A DNA stretch of 50,033 nt, from assembly GCA_038150265.1 (NCBI GenBank), contig JAYOTF010000025.1, positions 1 through 50,033 on the forward strand, in the 5' to 3' direction. Below the pieces are notes generated by a model that ran no database searches, was not told where the DNA came from, and saw nothing but the letters and a program-made list of their open reading frames with translations. The position numbers and the translations under genes are program-made. This document shows positions 1 through 10,776 of the stretch, in pieces. Each line of letters opens with the position of its first letter. Position 1 is the first letter of the stretch. Origin of the DNA: Deltaproteobacteria bacterium. Its GTDB lineage: Bacteria > SAR324 > NAC60-12.

Positions 1-398
1 TCATACTCAAATTGAGTTGCTCGAAGCTGGTTGTAGCCAATTTGTTCGAGTGGAGGATTCTCACTAATTGGAAGTTGTGGTTGCAATTCTTTTTCTATCA
101 AGCTTGGAGGGAGTTCTACAACCTCCATAATAGGGCGGTCTAGTGGGACATCGGGATTCTGGGTATCCTGCGTTTTTGCTTGATCTCTCGATGGCTCGTT
201 TCCTACCTGTGAAGGATTTTTCAGGATTTGAGTAGGATTTTTGTTAACAGGATCAGCTCCTCCCATTGCTCCATAAAGCTGATTAATCTCTGTTGAAGTC
301 ATCGACGTGGTCTGAGCCTGAGCGATTGAGCTAAAAAGCCCTAACGCGACAAGAAACAGCCAGCTTATTAGTTTTTTCTTATCGACAGGATTAAACAT
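1..398 (-). CDS. Exported protein, probably the N-terminus of an SLBB/KpsD-Wza-type polysaccharide export protein (runs off the window edge)
   Basis: Manual translation from ATG 398: MFNPVDKKKLISWLFLVALGLFSSIAQAQ (signal peptide), a low-complexity spacer, then PLEQIGYNQL, resembling the L..FGY..F motif of SLBB exporters. Open to base 1; AT-rich. Confidence 0.5.
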   Translation of the reverse strand, partial: MFNPVDKKKLISWLFLVALGLFSSIAQAQTTSMTSTEINQLYGAMGGADPVNKNPTQILKNPSQVGNEPSRDQAKTQDTQNPDVPLDRPIMEVVELPPSLIEKELQPQLPISENPPLEQIGYNQLRATQFEY

Positions 399-600
399 GA
401 GTTACGGGAGCCTGAAAAAATTTCGGAACTAAAGTGTATCTAAGAATAAGTGAGTACTCTTTATCTGTTTTAGCTGTTGAACATGCTTCCAAGACGTTAA
501 GCCATACCGAGGCTTAACTCGCTATTGCCGTTCAGGCTTACCAGCACAGATACTTATGGACAAGGGAAAAGTAGGAGCAAAGGAGGGAGATCATGTGGTA

Positions 601-1347
601 TCACGACGTCTTGCGTTTCTGAGCTCGGTTGAACAGCAGGGGGACATCCTGCGTCTTGCGCTTCAGCAGGTCGAGCTGAATGCGAATCTCTTCAGCATAG
701 TCTGATTTGGGAAACTGTGCCAGCACATATTCTGCTGTTTGGAAGACAGGTCCCAGTTTGGGCTTGTTCGGCAGTTGCTCTATCTTCAGGTACCGCTCCA
801 GCGTCCGGGCGCGGGCCGTGTCCTTGTTCACCGTCACGGTCCAGGCGCCGCTCCGTTCCCCAAGGGCAGCGATCCCGGTTCCCGTCTCCTCGCTCCAGCA
901 CCGAGCAATGGCTCGCATGAGCGCCACCACGTAGGTGTGCCAGTAGTGGTCCTCCACAATCGGCGCCAGTGGCTCCCGCTGAGTCTTCGCCTGCACCTTG
1001 CAGATGGTATCAAACAGGCTGTCATAGATGAAGGGCTTCACAATGATTCCCATCACCCCCAACTCCACCGCTTCCGCAGACTGAACCACATCCCCCGTTC
1101 CGGTGACCAAAATGAAGGGCACCTCCACACCGCGTTCCCGTAACTCATGAACCACCTCCAGTCCAGAGCCGTCGGGCAGCGACAGATCCAGGACCAGGCA
1201 GTCCACTTGGTCCACCGCGTCCTCCTCCAGACGAGATCGAGCGTCTGCCAGACAGCCCACCCCCTCGGCACTGTGCCCCCACTCAATCAAGAGGCGCTGG
1301 ACCGTTGCGTTCAGTTGCAAATCATCTTCGACGACTAGAATCTTCAT
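601..1347 (-). CDS. Response regulator: receiver domain plus a ChiS-like C-terminal DNA-binding domain
   Basis: MKILVVEDD, LVLDLSLPDGSG (phospho-Asp), VTG and KPF receiver motifs. C-terminal W..ETG...SG.W.V...RTLERYL..LP.KP pattern. ATG 1347 preferred over GTG 1419. Confidence 0.85.
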   Translation of the reverse strand: MKILVVEDDLQLNATVQRLLIEWGHSAEGVGCLADARSRLEEDAVDQVDCLVLDLSLPDGSGLEVVHELRERGVEVPFILVTGTGDVVQSAEAVELGVMGIIVKPFIYDSLFDTICKVQAKTQREPLAPIVEDHYWHTYVVALMRAIARCWSEETGTGIAALGERSGAWTVTVNKDTARARTLERYLKIEQLPNKPKLGPVFQTAEYVLAQFPKSDYAEEIRIQLDLLKRKTQDVPLLFNRAQKRKTS

Positions 1348-1461
1348 GTCTGGCACCCGGGATGCTGTGAGGATTTTTTTGTATTCTTTTGTAGGGTATG
1401 GAAAATCCACCTTCCTCACAAGAACAAATGCCGGACAATTTCCCTAAACAAATCTCAGCCT

Positions 1462-1474
1462 CAACTAACTGATT
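1462..1474 (-). promoter_or_regulatory. Candidate IHF-binding site
   Basis: Minus strand AATCAGTTAGTTG matches WATCARNNNNTTR and is preceded by an A/T tract; lies upstream of the response regulator. Confidence 0.35.
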
Positions 1475-1576
1475 TTATTTATTAATAAAAGAACTCTCGA
1501 TTTCATTGGGACAAAAACAGGGGCATCCCCGATCGATCTCTGTCGGCGGATCATGACCCGGCCATTTTCGTTTTGA

Positions 1577-3031
<1,455 letters not shown>

Positions 3032-3067
3032 ACGGTCCCTGATCCGCGTCTCCTCAGGGAAGCGCGG

Positions 3068-4441
3068 TCAGCCCCGCCCCAATTCCTCTTCCAGCATCAG
3101 CGAGTTCAAGCACGCGTACCCCGCGCTCACGCCCCCTTCATCAACCGTTGCTCCTTTGGTCCGGACCAGCGTTCCAGCAAACTCACTGCGTAACACCGAG
3201 GTGCCTTCTGCCAGGCAGGTGCCATAAAAGCCGTACTCACTGACACACGACCGCGTTTCCGCCTGCCGTTCCACCACCAGGGTCGCCGTGTGCGGTTGCG
3301 GATGCAGGCGCTCCATGAGGATGTACGAACGCGTATCCTCTGAACTCAGTGCCCGGAGCTTCTCTGGCAAGGCTGCACCAAAAAAGTTGTTGCCACCGCC
3401 CTCGCGCTGCGGCTTGAGGACAAACTGTTCCGGGTGCTGCAACGCGACCTCCCGGACGCCTTGCCACTCGCCATCCCACTGAATTTCATCATCAAGCGCA
3501 TAGAGTCCGGCAAAGGTCGACTGCACCGCCTCCACGCCTTCCGGAAGAAACCGGGACAGCACTTCCGGACGCCCAAGCACCTGCTGCACCTTCTTCATCC
3601 CAGCCAGCTGCATCGCCAGGCTCGGGCACTGAATCGACGATGACGCCTCAAGGCGCTCTCGCCCCACTCGGGAGGCTTCGGACGCCAAATCCTGTGGGGA
3701 ATACCCGGCGCGGTAGTAGGTGACCGCCGCCACCTGATCGCCCAGCCAGAGGTGCCCTCCGCGGAGGGTTCCTTCGGAAGCAATCTCCTCCAGCGTCCGG
3801 CGAAGCGTGGGCACCCCATGCTTTTGCAGCAGCTGCTCCTCCAGTCCCCGCTGGTCAAAGCGGTTCCCCTCATTGGGCTGCACCACCATCAGCACCACGC
3901 CTTCCGGATGATCGTACTGGCGAACGCCTTCTGCCAGGGCAGCGGCCATTTCCTCCAACGGGTGGTTCCGAACCAGGCGAACCAGCGCCGCAGGGTCGTG
4001 CCGGAGCAGCAGCTGATGCAGCTCATGAACACGTCCCGCCAAAAACGGGAAGCTTGCCGAGATGGTATTCAATTCCACCTGCCGAGCCTGAAGCCGTCCC
4101 GAAGCGCCGGGAACGAGGAAGAAGTCGTTGCGCTGCAGCAGCAGGTGCTTCGGCTGAACCGGACGCTCCGGTAGCCACGACAGGAGCAGACGCAGGTACG
4201 GATCCGTCTGGGCCGAGGGCTCCAGGTGCTCCCGGAGAAACGCCTCGTCTGCCGCAACCCCCACCATCAGCTGGTGAAAGGGGTGGGTCAGGGCCTCCAG
4301 TTCCGTCAGCCAGTCTTCGCTGATGGGCGCCGGTGTCAGGGCAAACGGGGCATGAGTCAGCACCCCATCCGGCCGCATCCGCAACACCCCATGCAGCGCC
4401 GCCCAGTCCAATGCTTCTTCAAGCAGTTCCTTACGAATCAT
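3068..4441 (-). CDS. Glutathione synthetase, eukaryote-type
   Basis: HAPFAL.P, QVELNTIS, YYRAGYSP, QLAGMKKVQQ, FVLKPQREGGGNN, YILMERL and LVRTK..EGGV.AG motifs of the GSS/GSH2 family; 457 aa. Confidence 0.9.
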   Translation of the reverse strand: MIRKELLEEALDWAALHGVLRMRPDGVLTHAPFALTPAPISEDWLTELEALTHPFHQLMVGVAADEAFLREHLEPSAQTDPYLRLLLSWLPERPVQPKHLLLQRNDFFLVPGASGRLQARQVELNTISASFPFLAGRVHELHQLLLRHDPAALVRLVRNHPLEEMAAALAEGVRQYDHPEGVVLMVVQPNEGNRFDQRGLEEQLLQKHGVPTLRRTLEEIASEGTLRGGHLWLGDQVAAVTYYRAGYSPQDLASEASRVGRERLEASSSIQCPSLAMQLAGMKKVQQVLGRPEVLSRFLPEGVEAVQSTFAGLYALDDEIQWDGEWQGVREVALQHPEQFVLKPQREGGGNNFFGAALPEKLRALSSEDTRSYILMERLHPQPHTATLVVERQAETRSCVSEYGFYGTCLAEGTSVLRSEFAGTLVRTKGATVDEGGVSAGYACLNSLMLEEELGRG

Positions 4442-4462
4442 CCGTCTGTCTCGTCTTTACAC

Positions 4463-4491
4463 TTGACCCTCCGGTCGAAGGCCAATAGGAT
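4463..4491 (+). promoter_or_regulatory. Sigma70-type promoter of tRNA-Cys
   Basis: TTGACC (4463-4468), 17 bp, TAGGAT (4486-4491), 11 bp before the tRNA. Confidence 0.7.
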
Positions 4492-4502
4492 TTGAAGGCT
4501 AA

Positions 4503-4576
4503 GGTGACGTGGCCGAGTGGTTAGGCAGAGGTCTGCAAAACCTCGTACAGCGGTTCAAGTCCGCTCGTCACCTCCA
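4503..4576 (+). tRNA. tRNA-Cys (GCA)
   Basis: Acceptor stem GGTGACG/CGTCACC, D-loop GAGTGGTTA, anticodon GCA at 4535-4537, T-loop TTCAAGT, encoded CCA. Confidence 0.97.
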
Positions 4577-5514
4577 GCCTCCTGATTGCTTTCCTCAGAA
4601 TTTCGCAGCTCCCCCGAATCGTCAAGCTGGATGCCCGCTCGCTGGTCGAGAAATGCCAGCACCGCGTCTCCGTAGGCCTCAAACGACTTGTACGCCCGCA
4701 ACGCCTCTGGCCACTGCCGCACCGTTTGAGCCAGACGCGCCGCGTCTTCCGGACTCAAGGCGCCCACCGGCTGCTGAAGAATCCGAATCGTGAACAGAAC
4801 CGCCTGGGTCCGGGGAAGCCGCCGCAGGGTTTGCCGCTCCACACGCACCCACACTTCCCGACCAGCCGTCTCTGGCGTCACCTTCGGGTTGGGTCCGGAG
4901 CGTTCCACCGAACCCGGCTGAAACAGCGTCGGGTCATCATTGAGGCTCCAGTTGTAACGCCACAGCGAGCGTTCCGGAGTCAGGCGTTCCAGGAAGCGGT
5001 TGACCGGCGCATTGAGCTGTTCCGCGTACCCGGGAACCGGCCCATGAATCACCGACATCGGCTGTCCCATTTTTTCAGCCAGGCTCCAGCGAGTCGGAAA
5101 GCACAGGCAGGCCGCGGTGAGGCGATACTCTCCGGACGCAGGGTCGGGCTGCATGACGCACAGGTCTTCCTGCACCAGCCGCCCTGCCACCTCCAGCGGC
5201 GTGAACGGAGGCGTGTTCAGGTCCCATTCTTCTCCGGTCCGCCGGTTCAGGAAGCGAGCCCCCTTCCAGCCAAAGGAGTCCGGGTGCTGCTCCGTGAGGA
5301 AGGCCAGAACCTGCTCCAGCACTTCAGCCCCCGCGGCGTCCGCTTCCGGGAGCATCTGCAACACGGCCTCCTTCTGTTCCGTCAGCAGGCGACGGCGCTC
5401 AGCGACCTCTTCTTCATAAGACTCATCCAGCAAGAACCAGGTCTTCGGATCCAGCGTCCGGAGGCCCATCGTCCAACGATGGGGCTTGCCATCAAAGGGA
5501 AGCGGAAAGGCCAT
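4555..5514 (-). CDS. DUF3445 / heme-dependent oxidative N-demethylase alpha-subunit-like protein
   Basis: MGL..LD...W, LVQEDLCVM, CFPTRWSL.EK.G, IHGPVPG, R.NW and RVERQTLRRLP...AVLFTIR motifs; ATG at 5514. Confidence 0.85.
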   Translation of the reverse strand: MAFPLPFDGKPHRWTMGLRTLDPKTWFLLDESYEEEVAERRRLLTEQKEAVLQMLPEADAAGAEVLEQVLAFLTEQHPDSFGWKGARFLNRRTGEEWDLNTPPFTPLEVAGRLVQEDLCVMQPDPASGEYRLTAACLCFPTRWSLAEKMGQPMSVIHGPVPGYAEQLNAPVNRFLERLTPERSLWRYNWSLNDDPTLFQPGSVERSGPNPKVTPETAGREVWVRVERQTLRRLPRTQAVLFTIRILQQPVGALSPEDAARLAQTVRQWPEALRAYKSFEAYGDAVLAFLDQRAGIQLDDSGELRNSEESNQEAGGDERT

Positions 5515-5515
5515 G

Positions 5516-6283
5516 TCAGGGTTTGGGCAGCAGCGCGTGGGACTTGGGTTCGCGGGAAAGCTGAGGACGGAGCAGCAGAAACAGCGCACGGTGCAGCTCG
5601 CGAAGCTGCAGCGCCGTCACCGGAAGAAGCGCCTCCGCAAAGGTCACCTGCTGCAACCAGCGCAGAGTGCCGGGAGAAAGCGGGGCAACCTCTGGGTGAC
5701 GTCGGACACACTGCGGACACCGGACCCCCCCTTCGAGGGCATCGACCTGATGCAGCACCTCCGGAACCTCCAGGGGCTCCTCGGAGAAAACCGCCGGGAC
5801 CGATTTTCCGCACTCCAGGCAGTGTTCCCAGTCCGGAAGCACCCCCAGCAGCTGCAGAAACTGCCCTTCCGCCTGCAGCTTCACCCGAGCAGGAGCCTCG
5901 CCGGCTTCCAGCGCCTCCAGCAGATCAGCAAACCACTGAAACAGCACTGGCGCATCCGGCTCCGGAATTTCGCACAGCAGCAGCAGCTCCGCCAGGTAGC
6001 TGGCGTGGAGCAGCCGGGAGTAGTCTCGCCGGAGCAGCGCATGGCTGGAAACCAGCTCCACGTTCCGGAAGCGCACCATCTCAGACGCCTGCCGCTCGCT
6101 GTAGTGCAGCCGCGCTCGGACAAATGGCTCCGCGACCGCCCGGTTTCGAGAGCGCTGGCTCTTGACTCCAAAGAGGACTCCGGATTTGTGTCCCCGCTCG
6201 CGAGTCAGCAGGTGGACGATGCAGTCTCGGTCCCGGAAGTCGAGCACACGGAGGACAAAGGCCTCGTCTTCATGCTCACTCAA
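5516..6283 (-). CDS. recO: DNA repair protein RecO
   Basis: AFVLR..DFRDRD.IV.LLTRE.G OB fold and C..C / C..C zinc finger. TTG start at 6283 overlaps the upstream TGA. Confidence 0.9.
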   Translation of the reverse strand: MSEHEDEAFVLRVLDFRDRDCIVHLLTRERGHKSGVLFGVKSQRSRNRAVAEPFVRARLHYSERQASEMVRFRNVELVSSHALLRRDYSRLLHASYLAELLLLCEIPEPDAPVLFQWFADLLEALEAGEAPARVKLQAEGQFLQLLGVLPDWEHCLECGKSVPAVFSEEPLEVPEVLHQVDALEGGVRCPQCVRRHPEVAPLSPGTLRWLQQVTFAEALLPVTALQLRELHRALFLLLRPQLSREPKSHALLPKP

Positions 6284-7026
6284 CTCGCCTCGCGGAGCGC
6301 CGCAGGAGGCTGGTGATCCGCTTGTTCCTGATGCAGGCGGTGCTGCCGGGCCAGCCGAGCCGCTGCATGGCTTCCGCTCAGGCGCTTGAGCAGCAGCTGC
6401 TCCAGCTCCAGGCACCGGCTCCAGTCTTCACGGCTGGCTGCCAGGGCGGCTTGTCCTTCCAGGGCTCCGGGGTGTCCGGGAGCCAGGCGCTCAATTTCTC
6501 GGGCCAGTTGCTCCACAAGCAGCCACTCTTCGCGTTCCATGGCCAGCTTCTGGTTGGCCAGCAAAACCCCCAAGGCTTCGGGAAAGCGAGACCGCAGTTC
6601 CTCGAAGCTCTTCATCAGTGCCGCCCCATCGAGCCGGTCCTCCAGCGCCTCAAGCAGCTGCACCTGCAGCTTCGGGTCATCCGATGCGCCCGTGATCTTC
6701 CGGAACGCCTGCTGAGCGCCTTCCGGATCGCGGAGCAGGCAGGCGGCTTCAAAGTCCTGACGCCGAGAGTCGGACCGGGCCTGCTGACGGTTCTGCCAGC
6801 GCTGCTTGAGGCGCATCATGACCCGGTCCGGATGCTTGAAGAGCAACCGCAGCTCGGTCAACGCCGCTCCCAACACCAGGCAGCCCAGCATGGTGCCCCA
6901 CAACGAAAACTGCACCGTGAAGCTGCCGAAGAGGCTGATGGTGACGTTTTGGTTGTTGAGCCACGCGAAGTAGCCAAAGAGGGTCAGCAGGAAGAGGGAA
7001 ATCGCCAGCCAGGTAATGCGTCTCAT
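6280..7026 (-). CDS. LapA-domain membrane protein with a TPR-like helical C-terminus
   Basis: Two N-terminal hydrophobic segments (FAWLNNQNVTISLF...LGCLVLGA) followed by helical repeats. Confidence 0.55.
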   Translation of the reverse strand: MRRITWLAISLFLLTLFGYFAWLNNQNVTISLFGSFTVQFSLWGTMLGCLVLGAALTELRLLFKHPDRVMMRLKQRWQNRQQARSDSRRQDFEAACLLRDPEGAQQAFRKITGASDDPKLQVQLLEALEDRLDGAALMKSFEELRSRFPEALGVLLANQKLAMEREEWLLVEQLAREIERLAPGHPGALEGQAALAASREDWSRCLELEQLLLKRLSGSHAAARLARQHRLHQEQADHQPPAALREAS

Positions 7027-7029
7027 GGG

Positions 7030-7494
7030 TCAGTGATGGTAAGGTTCGCCGCGGATGATGGTGAAGGCCCGATAGAGCTGTTCCAGCAAGACCAGGCGAA
7101 TCATCTGGTGGTTGAGGGTCAGGTCCGAGAGGCGGAGCCAGCGGACGTGAGGCGGGAAGGCTTCTCGGATGAAGCCATGGGAGCCTCCGATGACAAAGGT
7201 CAGGCGGCTCCAGCCCTGAGGCAACTGCTGCTCCAGCCACTGGGCCAGCGCCACTGATGTCTGGCGGTCTCCGCGTTCATCCAGCACCACACAGGGCTGC
7301 CCGTCATCGAGCTTCCGGAGCAGGCGCTCCGTTTCTTCATGCTTGCGCTGTTCCGGATCGGTGGCAGAGGACGGCTTGACGGCTTCACACTCAACGGGCG
7401 CATACGCCTTGAGGCGGCGGAGGTACGTCTGCATCCCGGTCTCCAGGTAGGCGTCCTGAGTCTTTCCCACCCAAAGCAGGCGCAGGCGAAACAC
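7030..7494 (-). CDS. rlmH: 23S rRNA (pseudouridine1915-N3)-methyltransferase
   Basis: VGK, LDERG...S..LA, FVIGGS.G, LS.LT..HQM.RLVLLEQLYRAFTI..GEPYH. Confidence 0.96.
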   Translation of the reverse strand: MFRLRLLWVGKTQDAYLETGMQTYLRRLKAYAPVECEAVKPSSATDPEQRKHEETERLLRKLDDGQPCVVLDERGDRQTSVALAQWLEQQLPQGWSRLTFVIGGSHGFIREAFPPHVRWLRLSDLTLNHQMIRLVLLEQLYRAFTIIRGEPYHH

Positions 7495-7506
7495 CGAGGC
7501 TCCGGA

Positions 7507-7725
7507 TCAGTCCTGAGAGCGCTTTTCGCTCTGCCCCACCAGCCACCCGAGCCCGGCCCCCACCGCGACCCACACGGTGGTCAGGCCGGTGGAAAAGAGG
7601 AACCAGAGCAGCAGGTACACCGCCAGGGCACCCAGCTGCGCCGGCCGGTTGTAGCGAACCATTTCCAGCACCCGCTTGGAGCGAGTGCTCAGGTCTTGTA
7701 CGAGGTTTTCCATGGGTTTCTCCAC
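7507..7725 (-). CDS. Small membrane protein, function unknown
   Basis: 72 aa with two hydrophobic segments, filling the secA-rlmH gap. Confidence 0.6.
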   Translation of the reverse strand: MEKPMENLVQDLSTRSKRVLEMVRYNRPAQLGALAVYLLLWFLFSTGLTTVWVAVGAGLGWLVGQSEKRSQD

Positions 7726-7734
7726 ACACGAAAG

Positions 7735-10446
7735 TCAGTTATGTGCCCCGTGGCACTTCTTGTACTTCTTTCCACTTCCACAAGGGCACGGGTCGTTGCG
7801 TCCAATGTTCACATCCTTGCGGGCAGGCGGGATCACCGGCTTGGGTTTGGGCTTGGGGGGTTCGGGTTCCACCGGACCATGCTGGTACTCCATCTCCTGA
7901 GGTGGAGGCGGCGGTGGCGGCTCGCTGACGGGGTGCGCAATCCGGAGCTTGAAGAAGGTGCTGATGGCCTCGTGGCTGATGCGTCCCATCAGGTCTGAGA
8001 ACATCTCAAACGCCCGGCGCTTGTATTCGTCCAGTGGCTTTTTTTGCGCATAGCCCACCAGGCCGATGCCTTCGCGGAGGTGGTCCATGGAAAGCAGGTG
8101 ATCCTTCCAGAGCTGGTCATTGGCCCGGAGCAGCACCTGCCGTTGCAGGTCGAGCACCATGTACTTGAAGGAGGCCTGTCGTGTTTCCTCATCTCCTTCA
8201 ACGGGCGCAAAGTTCAGTTCCACAACCTGCCGGAAGTAGTCGACCTTTTCATAGAAGAGGGTCTCCACCTGCGTGTAGAGCAGGGCCCGGAGGTCTTCTG
8301 GCTTGAGCTCCTGTTCAAACCAGCGTTCCTCCTTGAGGCCTCCAAAGATTTCGCCAAATGCCCGGTTGAAGCCCTGGACGTCCCACTGGTCGATGTGCTT
8401 GTCTTCACAGAACTGGTCGAAGAGCTGGTCAATCACCTCATCGCACATTTCCAGCATCAGCCCTTCCAGCTCGCCTCCGAGGATTTCCCGGCGCCGGTTG
8501 TAGATGATGGAGCGCTGCTTCTCCATGACGTCATCATACTCAAGGACGTGCTTGCGCATGTCGAAGTGGTAGCCCTCGACCTTCTTCTGCGCATTGCTGA
8601 TGGCCTTGGTGATGAAAACGTGCTCAATGGGCTCATCCTCTTCGATGTTGAGCTTGTCCATGAGCTTGGAAATGCGCTCTCCGCCAAAGACCCGGAGGAG
8701 GTCGTCTTCCAGCGACAGCATGAACTGCGAAGCGCCTGGGTCACCCTGACGTCCGGAGCGTCCACGGAGCTGGTTGTCGATGCGGCGGCTGTCGTGCCGT
8801 CCGGTCCCCAGCACGAAGAGGCCTCCGGCTTCCAGGGCTTCCGGAGACGGCTTGATGTCGGTTCCGCGACCGGCCATGTTGGTGGCAATGGTGACAGCCT
8901 TGTGCTGCCCTGCGGCAGAGATGATCTCGGCCTCGCGCTCATGATGCTTCGCATTGAGCACCTCGTGAGGAATTCCGGACTGCTTGAGCAATTTGGAAAT
9001 TGCTTCTGACACCTCAATGGAGACCGTTCCGACCAGCACCGGCTGTCCGGACTCATGCAGCTCAGCCACCTTGGCCGCAACGGCTCGGTACTTTGCGGCA
9101 ACCGTTTTGTAGATGACGTCCGCCTGATCCTTCCGGACCACCGGCTTGTTGGTGGGAATGACCACCACGCCAAGGTTGTAGATCTTCTTGAATTCGTCCT
9201 TCTCGGTCTCAGCGGTTCCGGTCATGCCCGCCAGTTTGCTGTAAAGCCGGAAGTAGTTCTGGAAGGTAATCGTCGCGAGGGTCTGGTTTTCCTTCTCAAT
9301 CTGCACGCCCTCCTTCGCCTCCAGGGCCTGGTGCAGGCCATCGCTGAAACGGCGTCCGGGCATGAGGCGTCCGGTGAACTCGTCCACGATCACCACCTTG
9401 CCCTCTTGCACGACGTAGTCGACATCCCGCTTGAAGAGGTAGTGCGCCTTCAGGGCCTGGTTGACGTGGTGCAGCAGCTCGATGTTTTCGTAATCAAAGA
9501 GGCTGGTGCCTTCCTTGAGGCGGTCTCCCAGGCGGGCTTCCACCATCTCGGAGCCCTGTTCCGTCAGCGAGATGCTCCGGGCCTTTTCGTCCAGGGAGTA
9601 GTCACCGGCCCGGACCACATCGTGGTCCTCCAGCTCCTCCCAGTTTTCGGCAATGTTGTGCATCTGCTCCGGCGGAAGCTTCCCAACCTCTTCTTTGCGG
9701 ATCTCACGCTTGAGGCCGTGGACCATGCCGTTCATTTCGTAGTAGAGGTCGATGCTGCCTTCGCTGGGGCCACTGATGATCAGAGGCGTTCGGGCTTCAT
9801 CGATGAGGATCGAGTCCACTTCGTCCACCACCGCAAAGTTGAACTCGCGCTGCACGTAGTCCTCAAGGGAGAACTTCATGTTGTCACGCAGGTAGTCGAA
9901 GCCGAACTCGTTGTTGGTTCCGTAGGTGATGTCGGTCCGGTAGGCCTCGCGGCGCAGCTCGTCATACATGCCGTGCTGAATCAGCCCCACCGTCAGGCCC
10001 AGGAAGCGGTAGATCTGCCCCATCCACTGGCTGTCGCGCTTGGCCAGGTAGTCGTTCGGCGTGATGATGTGGACGCCTTTCCCGGAGATGGCGTTGAGGT
10101 ACACCGGCGAGGTGGAGGAGAGCGTCTTTCCCTCACCCGTTGCCATTTCCGCAATGTTGCCTTCATGCAGGGCGATGCCGCCGATGAGCTGAACATCGTA
10201 GTGCCGTTCGCCGATCACACGGTGCGCCGCTTCCCGGACCACCGCAAAGGCTTCGGGCAGCAGGTCGTCCAGAGACGCACCTTCCTCGTAACGCTTCTTG
10301 AACTCCTGCGTCTTCTTCGGAAAATCGTCGTCGCTCAACGCACGGATTTCAGGCTCAAGCGCATTGATGCGGTCAACGACCTTGCGATAGCGCTTGAGGG
10401 TTCTTTGGTTTTCGTTACCAAAAAGCTGAGAGAAGGTTTTGATCAT
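7735..10446 (-). CDS. secA: Preprotein translocase ATPase SecA
   Basis: [50 protein letters not shown] and the C-terminal [23 protein letters not shown] motif. Confidence 0.99.
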   Translation of the reverse strand: MIKTFSQLFGNENQRTLKRYRKVVDRINALEPEIRALSDDDFPKKTQEFKKRYEEGASLDDLLPEAFAVVREAAHRVIGERHYDVQLIGGIALHEGNIAEMATGEGKTLSSTSPVYLNAISGKGVHIITPNDYLAKRDSQWMGQIYRFLGLTVGLIQHGMYDELRREAYRTDITYGTNNEFGFDYLRDNMKFSLEDYVQREFNFAVVDEVDSILIDEARTPLIISGPSEGSIDLYYEMNGMVHGLKREIRKEEVGKLPPEQMHNIAENWEELEDHDVVRAGDYSLDEKARSISLTEQGSEMVEARLGDRLKEGTSLFDYENIELLHHVNQALKAHYLFKRDVDYVVQEGKVVIVDEFTGRLMPGRRFSDGLHQALEAKEGVQIEKENQTLATITFQNYFRLYSKLAGMTGTAETEKDEFKKIYNLGVVVIPTNKPVVRKDQADVIYKTVAAKYRAVAAKVAELHESGQPVLVGTVSIEVSEAISKLLKQSGIPHEVLNAKHHEREAEIISAAGQHKAVTIATNMAGRGTDIKPSPEALEAGGLFVLGTGRHDSRRIDNQLRGRSGRQGDPGASQFMLSLEDDLLRVFGGERISKLMDKLNIEEDEPIEHVFITKAISNAQKKVEGYHFDMRKHVLEYDDVMEKQRSIIYNRRREILGGELEGLMLEMCDEVIDQLFDQFCEDKHIDQWDVQGFNRAFGEIFGGLKEERWFEQELKPEDLRALLYTQVETLFYEKVDYFRQVVELNFAPVEGDEETRQASFKYMVLDLQRQVLLRANDQLWKDHLLSMDHLREGIGLVGYAQKKPLDEYKRRAFEMFSDLMGRISHEAISTFFKLRIAHPVSEPPPPPPPQEMEYQHGPVEPEPPKPKPKPVIPPARKDVNIGRNDPCPCGSGKKYKKCHGAHN

Positions 10447-10570
10447 CGGGATGGTTCGCGTGGGCGCGGTCTGGTTTTGAAGGAGGAAGGGCGGCCCGAT
10501 CGGGAAGCCTGCTGAACCCGGAGGTCGTCAAGGGCCAGCGAGGAGTTGGGATACGGATTCAAAAGCTTAA

Positions 10571-10599
10571 ATTCTAGGGAAATCCGCCCGGCGAGTCAA
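10571..10599 (-). promoter_or_regulatory. Sigma70-type promoter of secA
   Basis: Minus strand TTGACT (10599-10594), 17 bp, TAGAAT (10576-10571). Confidence 0.7.
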
Positions 10600-10776
10600 G
10601 CGAAGTCGATAGAATGCAGTTTGACTCTTTGGCAGGGCCGTGGCATTAAATCGAGGGGTGTCTCCAAAAGACAGACGGCCCCATTGGACAAGCCAAACCC
10701 CCTGCTTCACGGTGATGTTTTCCTGACCGGAACATGCCGCCTCTGCAGGTCGACGATCCGTTAGCCCAGCCCCTTG

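Noticed and set aside
4503..4576. tRNA-anchored genomic island or prophage
   Set aside because: No integrase, no duplicated tRNA 3' end seen, and the flanking genes have host-like composition.
9590..9720. Extra segment in the SecA preprotein cross-linking domain
   Set aside because: This loop is naturally length-variable among SecA proteins; not distinctive without an alignment.
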